Assembly: GCA_965603825.1 (NCBI GenBank)
Contig: CBFDEM010000051.1
Location: forward strand, 124,001-188,000
DNA from: Blepharisma stoltei ATCC 30299
Lineage: Eukaryota; Protista; Ciliophora
Reading direction: 5' to 3'
DNA length: 64,000 bases
This document shows, one piece after another, positions 49,708 to 62,266 of the stretch. Positions within the stretch are counted from its first letter, which is position 1. The number at the start of each line of letters is the position of its first letter. The translations under genes and the position numbers were made by a program. The notes under the pieces were generated by a model that was given only the letters and a program-made list of their open reading frames with translations, made no database searches and had not been told where the DNA came from.

Positions 49708-49775
49708 CTTGGTCTTAGAAATTGTTTAGACTAATATTAAAAAATGCTCGACATATCTATATAATCTTTTTTTAA

Positions 49776-50690
49776 ATGGGCTGCTGTCATGACCGTGAAG
49801 TAAATTATAACTAGGAACGAGGCCCTGGACAATACCAAAGGAAAAACCATAGAAGGGTGATATTAAAACGTGACTATGACCTCGACACTATGAAAGATCA
49901 AGAGACAATGATCATAAAAGAACATTCAGACATATCCATGTCAATTGAAATAACCGAACCAGATGATGAAAAGTACTTACGAGCTCAGCTAGAAGTCTAT
50001 AAAGTTAACGGCGAATGAGGCCAAATAGCGAAAATGATATCAAATCGAACAGAAATAACTGAAGCTAAAATCTATATAAGCTGGGCTGAAAAACCAAAAA
50101 CGATTGGAAGCTTAGCAATTGCTTATTTATGCAAAGAATGCAAAAATGATCCAAAAGCCATTGCACCATATGTAGAAAAAGATTTACCTTTATTACTGGC
50201 AAGCATAAAGATGGGAACTGATGACCTCAGAGAAAATTCGCTTTTGCTGCTTTTTTACTTTGTGGATGTAGCTTCAGAAGAGTCAATTACAAAACTATTG
50301 AAATTAAATATATTCAATGCTTTGGTAAGATGGTTTTTATGCTCCAAAGCTGAGTTAAGACATATATCAGCCGATATATGCGCTAAAATTTATAGAGGAC
50401 GAAGAGCAGCTCAAGAAGCATTTTTAAATGAGCAAGGAGCGTTTAAGCTTGTACAATTAATTGCATGAAGCTCAGATCAAGAAGATGTTCTTTTAGATCT
50501 GCTTGGATATTTGATTGATTTAATGCAGGACGAAAATGATGACCCAGTGCTAGAAAATATAGGAAAAGTCCACGAATGTATGGTATGGGATATTATAAGG
50601 AATATTGATACTACAGAAAAGTCACAAGAACTAATGGAGCAGCTTGACGCTGTAATAAGGCTATTATCGTTTCAAGGAGGATATTCATAA
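49776..50690 (+). CDS. MGCC dual-acylation ARM/HEAT-like protein (299 aa, 1 intron)
   Basis: Starts MGCC; intron 49800-49814; helical repeats (LRENSLLLL, LRHISADICAKI, GAFKLVQLI); stop TAA 50688-50690. Confidence 0.8.
49800..49814 (+). other. 15-nt intron
   Basis: gtaaattataactag. Confidence 0.82.
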
Positions 50691-50761
50691 ATCGGTATAG
50701 TTAATAAATAATCAATAAGTATATTTATTATCTATTTCTTAATTTATAGTTATTTTCCAAT

Positions 50762-51307
50762 ATGACAACTGCACAAGGAATTCCTGATTTTGCTTTCCAT
50801 CTTCTAATCAACGAGGTCATTAAGCAAACAATTATAAAAACCTCCCAACAATCCTTAATAGACGCGCTTAAAGAACTAACGAGAGAGCAAATACTTGAAA
50901 AGAAAAAAGAACTTAAAAAACTTGGACTTCTGATAGGTGAACGTGTAATTGGCTATATTGTAAAAGAACACATATGACTAAAAGAGCCAAACGCAGTGCT
51001 TCGCTTTGTCTGCAAAGAGTTTTGGCTTTGTTTGTTTGGGAAATATATAGATAGATTGCAATCAAATAATAGAGGAGTTTATATCATGTATGACTATAAA
51101 TTCAGATGGCTGCAGTCATTGTCTTTAGATACAACAGATTCGGTGGATAAAGAAGCCATTGAGAAATTTTATAATTTTATGCTCAGCTGGGTTTGTGGAG
51201 TAATTAAAGGAGGGCTGAAAGGATTAGGAGTTTCTGCGCGATCTGAAGCGAAAGTAGAAGAAGAAGGATGCAAATTTACAGTGACTCTAAAAAATATGAT
51301 TTTTTAA
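50762..51307 (+). CDS. TRAPPC6: TRAPP complex subunit 6 (Trs33), 181 aa
   Basis: LKKLGLLIGERV, LRFVCKEFWLCLFGKYIDRLQSNNRGVYIMYD, CGVIKGGLKGLG. Confidence 0.92.
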
Positions 51308-51346
51308 CTAGATAAACAAGCATATATGAACTAAGCTAAACATAAA

Positions 51347-52105
51347 TTATAAATTACAGATTCTTAGACTGTGAAGGCTATCGAATGTGCATAAATTACC
51401 AATCTCATTGCGTTTTTCTTTTAGCACTTTATTTTCTTTTTTAATCTTAGGTTTTTTTCTCGCTAATTTTTTGTAATATCTAGGTGAGATTTTTACAGTT
51501 GTGCTGCTTGCATTTAAATTTTTCAAATGGTCTGAATTATTCATTTCTTTGTTTTTAGGTGTTTTTGTCAGCAAATCTTTAAGTTCATTTTTTACAATAG
51601 GAGATAACGATCTTTTTATCGCCAAATTTTTTGACGAAGGCATAATACTTTTAGAGCTTTTAGATTTAAAAAACGATGAATAATAATCAGTATCTGGAAT
51701 TTTGCTTATAGGAGTCATAGATTTAGGCATATCTCCTGCTGGATTATGAATATTTTGCAGCCTAGGAGTCATTACTAGTCCTCTATAAAATTCTGCTTTT
51801 GTTACTTTTTTTGGTTCTTTTCTGCCTATATTCTTCACATGCGGTTTTAAATCAAGCTCAGTCCCTGCATCTCCAAAATGGTGGCTTGAATCTTTGGTAT
51901 ATGAAGATATAAATGAAAAAGCTGGCTTAGCTAATCTATCAATTAATTCTATTTTTGAGTTGCACTGAATTCCAACTGTATCTCTTTTCTTAATTTTGCA
52001 AAAAATTGTATGAGAAGCTTCATTATTTTCAGGGCTTCCAAATTTTGATTGTGACTTGTTAGGAAGAAAAGTTAATAAGGTCGGGTTAAATTTACTTTTT
52101 TTCAT
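51347..52105 (-). CDS. Basic, disordered hypothetical protein (252 aa)
   Basis: Uninterrupted ORF. Confidence 0.65.
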   Translation of the reverse strand: MKKSKFNPTLLTFLPNKSQSKFGSPENNEASHTIFCKIKKRDTVGIQCNSKIELIDRLAKPAFSFISSYTKDSSHHFGDAGTELDLKPHVKNIGRKEPKKVTKAEFYRGLVMTPRLQNIHNPAGDMPKSMTPISKIPDTDYYSSFFKSKSSKSIMPSSKNLAIKRSLSPIVKNELKDLLTKTPKNKEMNNSDHLKNLNASSTTVKISPRYYKKLARKKPKIKKENKVLKEKRNEIGNLCTFDSLHSLRICNL

Positions 52106-52312
52106 TTTGTTTTTATATAATTAGTTTTTCACATTATCATTAGCAATTCACATTTTCTTGTCCAATTGTTATATACTGCATATATAAATTTAAGTATTTA
52201 ATTTAAAAGGATTATATAGCGATTATTGTTAATAATTTATTTAAAATTGATTTTACATTTATTCTTGATTTCTACATGTGAAAATATTTATCATTTATAT
52301 CTCGAATATTAA

Positions 52313-53203
52313 ATGAATAAGAAAAATGGCTTCCGCACTCCGTTTCATCCTTTTCAGATAGCTAGCTGAGTCGTTATGATATTTCATATACTCATTGGAA
52401 TTTTATGCATCTCGTTTTTACTATCTAAGGAATATTTAATCGTATTTTTGCTGCTTTATTATTCAACTCTTTTAGCCTTGCTAATTCAAGGCTTAATTCT
52501 TACAAAATCTGACCCAAGTGTTAGCATTCCGATAGAAAATATTGATAAATCGCCAGATGCTGTCAATTATTTGTGTACAATCTGTAAAAATTATGTGACA
52601 GAAACTTCAAAGCATTGCGGAAGCTGTGATAGGTGCGTTGATCGATTTGACCATCATTGCAAATGACTTAATAATTGTATTGGAAAACATAATTATAAAC
52701 AATTTATTATTTTGATTGTGCTTTTGGAAATTAATTTATCAATTTTGATCGTTTTTGAAATTTCTATTATCGACAAATGAAAAACACATGGTCTTAATAA
52801 ATCTAAAGAAATAGTTCAAACTGATGTAAGCTTTATTATCGCTGATATCATCATAAATGCATCAATTTTGCTATTTAATGGGTATCTGATAGGCTTCCAC
52901 ATATTTTTAAAATTTAAAAAGATGACTACTTATGATTTTATACAGCAAAGAAGAATAAAAAAGAAAAAAGAAATCCAGCCAGAGATGCAGCCTTTTGAAG
53001 GGGAGGAAAATGGAATTTCGATGATGAATAATGATTTGAAAAGCCCACGAGGAACAAATGACGAAATGGGAGGAATGAATTTAAAATCAGAAACGGAAAT
53101 TAGCTCCCCTAAGTATTTTAACCAAATGTTTCAAATTTCACGCTCATTCCACAAGTCAATTATAACAGTAGATTCAGATATAGTAACAAATGAGCATTCT
53201 TAA
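52313..53203 (+). CDS. DHHC palmitoyl acyltransferase (ZDHHC1/11-like), 296 aa
   Basis: KNGFRTPFHPFQIASW, CTIC...[20 protein letters not shown](TGA)LNNCIGKHNY, TTYDFI. Confidence 0.95.
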
Positions 53204-53359
53204 TCTTTTATAATGTATATAAATTAATTTTTATTATTTTTAAGTAAAGCTTCTAAGTGAGGCTCATGCATGGTTTTTCAATAAAATATAAATTTAAAGT
53301 AATTAAATTATTTTCAATAAGCAGAAAATATTTGATAGGTCATTTTTATAATTATAACT

Positions 53360-53854
53360 ATGAAATTTAAAGCATTGATTCTCCTTACCTTAGTAGTCGG
53401 AAATTTTGGAAAATTCAACCAAGAATTATGCGTGCAAAGCCTGGAAAATGTTGCAAAAAACTATTATCATGCTGTGCTTTACTGGAATTCCTTTGTATAC
53501 TTTAAAGAAGCGATACAGAGTATGGGAGCTATGCTAACTAGTATTGGGCTCGCCCTAAATTACTGCGATTTTCTCTCAGATATATTAAAGTCAGAATCTG
53601 TAGAAATAGCCAGAGGAAATTTGCTTTTATTAGGAAATAAATGGGAAAGTGTAAAAGAACCTAAGGTTGCGAAAATTAACGAAGTTTCTGGAGGATCTGA
53701 AGGCAGTTGCATGGAGCTAACAATTGAAGTTATTGAAGCAATTGATCGTTTAGCAGAAAGCCTAGCAGCAGAAGATATATATTTAAGCCTAACCAAACTT
53801 ATGGGAGCTACAGGAGAAGCTTTAAGAAAATGCGAAAATATCGTAAATAAGTAA
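53360..53854 (+). CDS. Small secreted helical protein with 4 Cys (164 aa)
   Basis: MKFKALILLTLVVG signal peptide; two C...C helical modules. Confidence 0.75.
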   Translation: MKFKALILLTLVVGNFGKFNQELCVQSLENVAKNYYHAVLYWNSFVYFKEAIQSMGAMLTSIGLALNYCDFLSDILKSESVEIARGNLLLLGNKWESVKEPKVAKINEVSGGSEGSCMELTIEVIEAIDRLAESLAAEDIYLSLTKLMGATGEALRKCENIVNK

Positions 53855-54753
53855 CATTGAACCAAGAAATAATATTAAAATATGCTCCTATTATTTTAAA
53901 GCAAGAATTGTACATCAGTATATGTTTAAATATGTTTACAAAACGCAATCAATTCACTATTTCGCTGCAGACACCAGATGTTTCTGGGCCAACTCCCGAC
54001 TCAAAAAAAATACACTGATATGTAATGATAACTGTCATGCGAGAAGATAAGACGTAATTTATATGATATTCAAATTCATAAAGGGAAGGCTGTCTCGGAG
54101 AGAAAATTTGAGTTTGAGTAGCATGAGTGTTTCAGCAATTGCTGCGCTAGAAACATTTAGAGGCTAATGAAAATAAAGATCGATATTTGGCTGTCTTTAA
54201 TATGAATTTTTAGCTTCACTCTTTCATTATGCATAAATATGTTTTATACTGGGCGTGAATATTTCCAATTTCATAGAACAAATTATAAATTACAAATTAC
54301 TTAACAGTTATCACAATTAACTTAACAATTTTCCTAACAAATTCCTGAATATTTTTTATAAAAACAACAGTCTTAATTGTTTTTTTATTTAGATAGCTAG
54401 AGTGAGCGAAATCGATATCCACATACGATGCAAAAAACTGGGAATTCATTATAAAAATTGATCTATGCATGCTATTTTGTACAAAAGGTAGAGACATTCT
54501 ACGAAAATTATCCATTCCTATAGAGCATGGCTCTTTCTTTATATTTTGATAAAAAAATTTCATTAAATTACTCAAAATTCCCTTTTATCCTTCATCTAAG
54601 CCAGCTCTCTCATAAAGTCCTCCATTCCTCTTCCACGCAAGCCAAAACTCATTTTAGCTTTAAAATTATTATGGAAAAAAACAAAATTTCTTTGTTTTCG
54701 ATTCAATTTTATTAATCAAAAAAGTTATATGAACATTAGGACTTTCATTGAAC

Positions 54754-55143
54754 TTAAATGTCTTCAATTTGATGCTCATGAACTTCTTCAATTTGAATCA
54801 TAATTGGGTCACCTATAGATAGTGACACACCGTCGTCTGAGCTGTTGCGCTTTTTTCTTTCGTAAAGGTAATTATCGAGAGGGGAAGTCATTTCATCGGT
54901 GATGCTTTTGGCCGGAATCGATACATTTTGAGGCTTGTGCTTACGCTTGACAAGCTGGAAAATTTCAAGTTCAATTGTACTGAGCTCGGTTTCTGAGCTA
55001 TGTCTGCTTAAAATTTGGAGCAGAACAGGATCGTTTTTATCGATAAGTTCTTGGAAAATTTGAAGTTCTGCAGGATTTATTGCTTTAGTAGACTGGAAAC
55101 TGGCTAGAATCGAGTTTGCAAGAAGAATGGCTGATGAATCCAT
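54754..55143 (-). CDS. Hypothetical protein (129 aa) with one copy of the helical repeat seen in 19056-21158
   Basis: ATG at 55143 (MDSSAILL); INPAELQIFQELIDKNDPVLLQIL. Confidence 0.7.
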   Translation of the reverse strand: MDSSAILLANSILASFQSTKAINPAELQIFQELIDKNDPVLLQILSRHSSETELSTIELEIFQLVKRKHKPQNVSIPAKSITDEMTSPLDNYLYERKKRNSSDDGVSLSIGDPIMIQIEEVHEHQIEDI

Positions 55144-55760
55144 TTCTTTATAAGAAAATTGGAGAAATAAGGATTTTTTGATGTGATAAAATGAAGCAAT
55201 ATAAGGTAAGCAGAGCAAAAACTATTAAAATGTATAAGCCAGTGTTTTATCAAATTTAAAGGGAGCTTGCATACTACATTGTTGGTTAATATTATAGTTT
55301 TGCTGACATTTTCGATTGGTTGGAATGCCTTTATAATTTCTTGATTTTTAGAGTCAATATAGAAGCAGGTAATTATCAAAAAATATATTATAGGCCAAAA
55401 TCATAATACTAATTTGTTTTCAACTTTGCATTAAAATTTTTAAAAGAAAAGATTTATTTTGCAAATTATTAGTTTATGCTTACATTTTCGCCAAATTTTA
55501 CTCTTTTTCGGTATTATTGAAATAAATATATGATTGATAATTAAATTTTAGTAAAAAATATTTATTCATTAATTTAATCATTTAAATTTTTCTTTTAAAA
55601 TTCGGAAATTAAACCCTAAAGAATAAGCTAAATTTTATTAATAATTACTTATTAATTTAAATATGAGAAATAGGAGGATAAAAGTCTAATTTTTTAGATT
55701 TTTGGTAATTCAGAGATGATCGGCGCTCTGCTCCAATTATTAACAAATTTTATTGATAAA

Positions 55761-56597
55761 ATGGCTGATCTCACACATGCAATTGCTGGGTCTTTTGCTG
55801 CTGTAATGACTGCATCAATGGTGCAGCCTTTAGATGTCATAAAAACTGGAATTCTTACACAAACTCGCCCAATTACAATAAGAGAAGCATTTGCGCTGAT
55901 ATACGAAACTTATGGATTTAAAGGATTTTGAAGAGGCCTAAAGCCTGCAGCTTATAAATCTTTTATGGCAGGAGGTATCCAATTTTCATTACTTGAAATG
56001 TTTAACAAACTTCTAAAATCTGAAAAATCAATTACAAGTCGATTTTTGCATGATAGCCAGTCAGCAGGTCTCTCAAGACTTGCAGTAATCACAGCACTTT
56101 CTCCTTTAAGCATAATAAAGCTGAGAATGGAGGCGCCACAATTTAATCAATATTCTAGCGTTAGTGATGCTTTTGTGAAAATTTTTAGAGAAGAAGGAAT
56201 AAGAGGATTTTATAAAGGCTTATTTTCAAATTTACTAAGGGATTTACCTTACTCTGCATTAGCATATGCATTTTATGAGCAATACTCTATGTTTATATAC
56301 TATATCACTGGAATGGACAAGGGGTATTCACTCAATAATTTTGTTTCTGGTGTCTCAGCTGGATTTACAGCGTGCCTAATAACCCAGCCTTTTGATATCA
56401 TGAAAACAAGACTGCAATTTGCTGATGTTGGAGGACAAAAAGTGAGAGGACTTTTCTGTGGCTTAGTTGGGATATGGAATGAAGAAGGATTAAGAGGATT
56501 CACCAGAGGGTTAACAGTCAGAGTAGTAGAAAGGTCCTGCTCTTTTGGGATTGTATGGCTGCTCTATGAAAAAGCGAAGCTGGGATTGAAAAAATAG
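55761..56597 (+). CDS. Mitochondrial carrier, SLC25A38/Hem25 (glycine carrier)-like, 278 aa
   Basis: QPLDVIKT, GFW(TGA)RGL, PLSIIKLRME, EGIRGFYKGL..NLLRDLPYS, TQPFDIMKTRLQ; alternative upstream ATG at 55716. Confidence 0.88.
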
Positions 56598-56754
56598 TCA
56601 GAATAAATTAATTGATAAATCTAAAATATTAAAAAAATTAATAAATCCTGTTTTTCGACTTTTTAATTTTATATTATACAAAGAAAATCGAATTTTGGCT
56701 ATCATTTTTATATAAAAAGCACAATTGATGCTAACTTTATAATAATTAAATAAT

Positions 56755-58173
56755 TTATTTCCTAGCCCCTAACCTGAAAAACACCGCAAAACATGCAACC
56801 TTACACAAAAAATTAAGGAAGCTCAATGTATCTCCCCAAAACTTTATTCTCCCTTCATGCTCTATAAAATTCCCACTTTCAGCCCAAGACTACTTCTAAA
56901 TTACCTTCGAAAAAAACAAAAACCACAGCAAATCATAAACCATAGCCCCAAGAATCACAAAAGAAAGCTTCATATATGTCAAATCTTCATTGACCTTAGC
57001 CACATGGAAAACAAAGCACCCAAGAGCTACAGTGGCCTATATATCCCCTACATTAATAAAATCTGGTCTATATCCCATCAGCAAAACAGAAAGCAATAAA
57101 TAAATAATTGTCACTACATAACTGCTCCAATGCCAATCAATATCTTTCCCCAAAATCCCTTGTACAACATTTTCTATTTTTTTCGAGACCGCTTTTTCTA
57201 CTCCTGCAGTTTTACTCCCTACAAGTTCAGCGTCAATAAGCAGCCCTCCAAATGGCTGATGCAGCTTTTCCAACTGGTCTTCTAAGTGTGCAAGCTCAGC
57301 TTTGTCAAGCTGCACATTTTCATTCCACTGAGCCAAAATCGCTTCATAATACTTCACTTTGCTAAAAACCCATAACAAGCCTAAATGGACTTTTCCGACT
57401 ATCGCTCCTTTAGGATCTCTTATGTCTACATGCACGTCATGCTTCATTTGGTCTCTTAACCCACTTAATAAATATGTAGATTCTCCTATCAGCTTATGAT
57501 TCCCAAAATTTGAATGGTTTTTTACAGCAATATAAAGGTTGTCTTCCCCTGTGGTAATCTGAAAAGTAAAAACTTCATTATAAGTTGGGGTCGAGGTTTT
57601 CGCTGCAAATTTTGTTTCTATTATCTGCTGCTCACAGCTGAGCTCTACAAAAGGGTCTAAGCTCTGTGGAGACTTAATGGTGGCCTCAATTACATATACA
57701 GTAAGTACACTTCCTTCCATAATCCCATTTTTCCCTAGTTTTTCTGTAGCTTTTGCTGTAATTAATTTCCTGTTATAGTCGTCGACCTGTTTTATATTGT
57801 CAGCGATTTGGCGCTTTAGCTCTGTCGTACGTCTTTTTATATTATTTTCAGCTTCTACATAGGACCAAATGAATTCTTCAATGGTGACGACTGCATCTTG
57901 GTCTTTATCCATCTTAGCAAATAGTCCTAAACAGACTTCTCGGTCATAGTCGCCTCCACTTTTCTTTTTGAGAAATTCATAGACTTCTTCAAATGTCAAT
58001 TCTTGGTCTTTATTGGTGTCCACTTCGGCAAATTCAGCTAAAAGCTGGTCATGACGGTCTTGCAGGACTGCATTTATAGGGGATACACCTACAGACGGCC
58101 GAATGGAAGCAGCACTTTGTGAGAGTTTTGGAGAAAGTCCTGAAAGACTTGGGGACATAGGGATATTTAGCAT
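56755..58173 (-). CDS. EF-hand pair - coiled coil - C2 domain - ~4 TM protein (462 aa, 2 introns)
   Basis: DTNKDQELTFEE, DKDQDAVVTIEE; VLTVYVIEA..DPFVEL..PTYNEVFTF (C2); TM segments restored by introns 57037-57051 and 56890-56904; stop TAA 56755-56757. Confidence 0.85.
56890..56904 (-). other. 15-nt intron
   Basis: gtaatttagaagtag. Confidence 0.78.
57037..57051 (-). other. 15-nt intron
   Basis: gtaggggatatatag. Confidence 0.82.
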
Positions 58174-58197
58174 TTATTAAATTTATTATCTGGCTCA

Positions 58198-60255
58198 TTA
58201 TGAAGCTTTTCCTCCTGATATAATTGCTGCGGCTATCATTTTCATATTTTTTGTTTTCACAGCTTCCCTAAAGCTTGCTATTGTCCTAGTTTTTGCTTGC
58301 CCATATCTTAAATTCCCAGCTCTTTGTATATACTGGTTCACTTGTTTTAAATAGCTCAATAATTCATTGTGATTATTCGTCCTTATCTGGAACTCACTTA
58401 GCAGCTCTCCATTAAACTGATGCAAACTAGCCATCGCTTGCTTAAAAAAGCCCATATTTCTTTGAATTCTTGAGTCTTCAGCTTTCACTATTAGCGCCTT
58501 TACATTTTGAGCGTTTTCTGCCATATTAATAGAAAGCTGGGTCCTTACATTGCTGTATTCCTCGACCTTTTCCATAAGTCCATTTATTTTTTCGATTTCG
58601 TGAGGGTAGTCAGCTCTACTTTCAAGTTCAGGAATATTGAAAAAAGAAATAAGGTCTTGGGCTATTTCAGCGGCAAGCTCTAGGGTTTCTGTATAAATAG
58701 ATAGCTTATTAGTGGTAAGGATAAAGGAAAGGTTTTCAGACTCGCCCAGAAAAGAAACTTGGAGCTCTGCTGATGGTTTAATTGCAGAGGGGTTGAGGAT
58801 AAAACGGTCTTGGAGCCAATTTAGAAGACGGTTGCCTTGTGGGAAGTCGAAATTTACGTAGCCGCTTGGCAGCTTGCAGTCGCCGTATTCGAAGTTGCAA
58901 AATTTTGGAATTTTTATAGAGCGCTCCATTACTTGTAGCTGAGATGCGCCTGCAGAAGCGCAGACTAAAGCTTTAATGTCGACTTCTAAGCCTAAGTGTT
59001 TAGGATTTTGTATAGGAATTTGCAACTCAGAGCTGGGCCTGGCAGGATGCACAAATTTGCTGTCACCTTCAAAAAATCCTTCTCCAAGGACAAAGGCACA
59101 TTTTATCAGAGAACTGTTGCTAGTGCTTAAAAAAATCCTAGGCGGGCTTGGAGCTAATGTCACAAGTAAACTCGTTCCTGGTGCTAAAATTGAGCTGCCT
59201 GACCTGGCCGCTGCATCTTTATAATGCTGAAGCTCATTAAGTAGTATTTGTTTTACTCTCATCAAGTCTTCTATATCCTCTTGTTGAGCTTCCGCATTTT
59301 GTTCTTTGTGTGGGATATCCTCCTTAATATACCCTAAAACCCTCCCTGCCACTGTGCACGCAATGACTTGGTTTTTTCCTTGCATTCTATAATCAGTATA
59401 AAACACCTTTGCAATAGTCTGTTTTAACGATTTTTTAAAAATATTTTCCCCTTTATTTTCGCTTCTAACCTCCAATTTTCCATTAGACCATCCTAATATC
59501 ATATCAGGAACTCCATCGCCCGTAACATCCCCACTTACAATGCTTAAGACTTTATTTTTCGCCTTAGCTTTCCAAGCCCTATGTTTTCCTTTATAAATCC
59601 CAATCCCTCCGTTATCAAGTGTATAAGCAAATTTTCCTTTGTCCATTTCTGCGAAACCCGTGATTTTTGCATTTTCCATGATTTCAGTCTCAAGCTCTTC
59701 GTTATTAAAAATCCTGATAGCATAATCTGTCCCTCCTACAAGCAGTCGTTTTTCATTTCTTTCAGTCCTAAAAAATCCTATTGCGCTGACATCGTCTCCA
59801 GAAACCGTCCAAAATTCTTCTTCACCTAGCTTATTAAAGCCTTTAACTGAGCAATTTCCACCTACCAGGGCGAGAGGAGTGTCTCGTCCTGATATAGAAA
59901 GCGAGCCAAGGGTAAGAGAAGTGACGCCTTCTTTTGTTTCTGTATGAAATAAGTCAGAGTTGGAGTCAATGTCATAAGCCATAAGGGAACTTGGGCTCCC
60001 TATAACTAAGACGTCTCGGTTTAGAGAAGGATCTAAGCGGCCACCATCAAGACAAATGATATTTTTGTTGATATTGAGAAAATTATTGGATGAATTTGGG
60101 ATGTGAGGGGTGTGGATAAGGACCTTGCCGCCTGTGATGCCACAGGCAAGAGTTGGGTGAATTCCGTCAACTGCTTAGAAAATACAATAGGAGATAGTGG
60201 CAAGACTATGTAGAACAGCTTGATTTAACTCAAAAGTGTAAGCTGAAGAAAGCAT
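58198..60255 (-). CDS. BBS2: BBSome subunit BBS2 (680 aa, 1 intron)
   Basis: FDGIHPTLAC..GGKVLIHTPH, FLNINK, LMAYD...DLF, VGGNCSVKGF, FWTVSGDDV, GWSNGKLEVRS, KAEDSR, NHNELL..LKQVNQYIQRAGNLRYG. Confidence 0.96.
60171..60185 (-). other. 15-nt intron
   Basis: gtattttctaagcag; restores the BBS2 FDG.HP motif. Confidence 0.92.
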
Positions 60256-60299
60256 TTTTATTAAAAATTAATGCAGATTATTTTATCAATTGTAAAATT

Positions 60300-60929
60300 T
60301 TAATTATCTTGGCTGTTTTTCTTTATCTTTAAGTTCTGAATGATCAGATCAAAAGCAATTTTATTTTCAGCCCCTCTTGGGACGATGATGTCAGAAAATT
60401 TCATCATAGGGAAAATAAATTCATCAAATGCAGGTTTCACGAATTTTCTATACTGATGGATCACTGAATGTATATCTCTCCCTCTTTGTTCAGTATCCCT
60501 GATAATTCTTCTTGCTAGACACTCATCTGAATCAGTATGGACAAAGATTTTTAAATCTATCATATCTCGGATTTTAGGGTCATAAAGTGCCATAATGCCT
60601 TCTAAAATAACGAATTGGGTTGGTTTAGCTGCAATAAATGAATCTGATCTTCGGCAACGTGTGTAATCATAAATTGGGACGTTAACTTCTTCACAATGCA
60701 AAAGCTTCCAAAGCGCCTGATTCATCTCTATGAAATCGAAAGCGTCAGGATGGTCAAAGTTATACTCAGCTACCTCTAATAGCTGAGAGGGGGTTAAATC
60801 TTTATAAAAACAGTCTGTACTTATTACTGTACAATCAACAGACAAGGCCTCTTGAATTTTGTTACTCAATGAGGTTTTACCACTCGCTGACCCTCCAGCG
60901 ATGCCGATCAAGTATGGGCGGACGTTCAT
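60300..60929 (-). CDS. Uridine(-cytidine) kinase, 209 aa
   Basis: IGIAGGSASGKT, YNFDHPDAFD, ILEGI, LARRIIRD..RGR, VKPAF..FI.P. Confidence 0.95.
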   Translation of the reverse strand: MNVRPYLIGIAGGSASGKTSLSNKIQEALSVDCTVISTDCFYKDLTPSQLLEVAEYNFDHPDAFDFIEMNQALWKLLHCEEVNVPIYDYTRCRRSDSFIAAKPTQFVILEGIMALYDPKIRDMIDLKIFVHTDSDECLARRIIRDTEQRGRDIHSVIHQYRKFVKPAFDEFIFPMMKFSDIIVPRGAENKIAFDLIIQNLKIKKNSQDN

Positions 60930-61101
60930 TTTATAATACCGCGAAATTTTATTGGGGAAATCTTTGCCAATATGGAGACGCTTTTATTAGTGAGCTTAAA
61001 AAAAAAAAGGATAGAGGCTTTCTATACGAAAATTTGAATTTTTTGAGGAGGAATTAAGGTTTAGCTCCATTTTCAAAAAATTTATTAGAATCCATTTATA
61101 T

Positions 61102-61530
<429 letters not shown>

Positions 61531-61594
61531 ACATATAAAATTATAGATTTTAAGGAACTTGAAGTAGATTATCGATAATTAATAAGGAAATTGA

Positions 61595-62266
61595 TTACCT
61601 AGAAACTTTTGTAAGTCTCTGGACTTGGACTATAAAGTTCGAATTGGCTGATTTCAGATTATCTGCTTTTTCTTGAAGATGCTGGATTTGTTTTTGCAGT
61701 TTTTGAGATTCTGTTTTAAAATTATCCCTTTCTTTTTCTTGAATCTGGATTTCTCTTCTCATTTTTCTTATAATATCTTCTAATTCTTTTACAGTAGATT
61801 CCTGCTTTTTGACTTTATTTAGCACTTTTTCACGGTTTCTTTCAGAAATGCTGACTGATTCTTCAAGATTGGCAATTTCTGTGTTGATTTCTCTAGTTTC
61901 TCTTAAATATTGCATTTTTTCTGTTTCAAATCTTCTTGTTGTTTTATTGACGCTTAAAGAATCATTATGAAGTCTTTCATGATTCCTTCTAAGATTTTTT
62001 TCGTCTTGAGAACACTCGCTGATGCACTTCCTTAATTCTTCATTGTATTTTATGATTGTTTCTTTTTCTTTATTTAAAGTTTCTAATTCGTCATTTCAAA
62101 GAGAAAGATGTTTAATAGAAACTGAGACATCATCAAATTTTTTTTCGTTTTCAATACTTTTGTTTGGCTTTCCAGTTGATGGTCTTGGTTTAGGAGATAA
62201 AACTGGCTGATTCTTTGGAGTTTTCTGGGGTAGGTTTCCATTAAGGGCTGAGCTAGATTTCTTCAT
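61595..62266 (-). CDS. Coiled-coil hypothetical protein (223 aa)
   Basis: ATG 62266, one TGA, in frame with ORF 61595-61915. Confidence 0.75.

Noticed and set aside
53926-54156. 76-codon minus-strand ORF under TGA=Trp (MFLAQQLLKHSC...)
   Set aside because: Atypical composition and no motif; plausible by chance once TGA is not a stop
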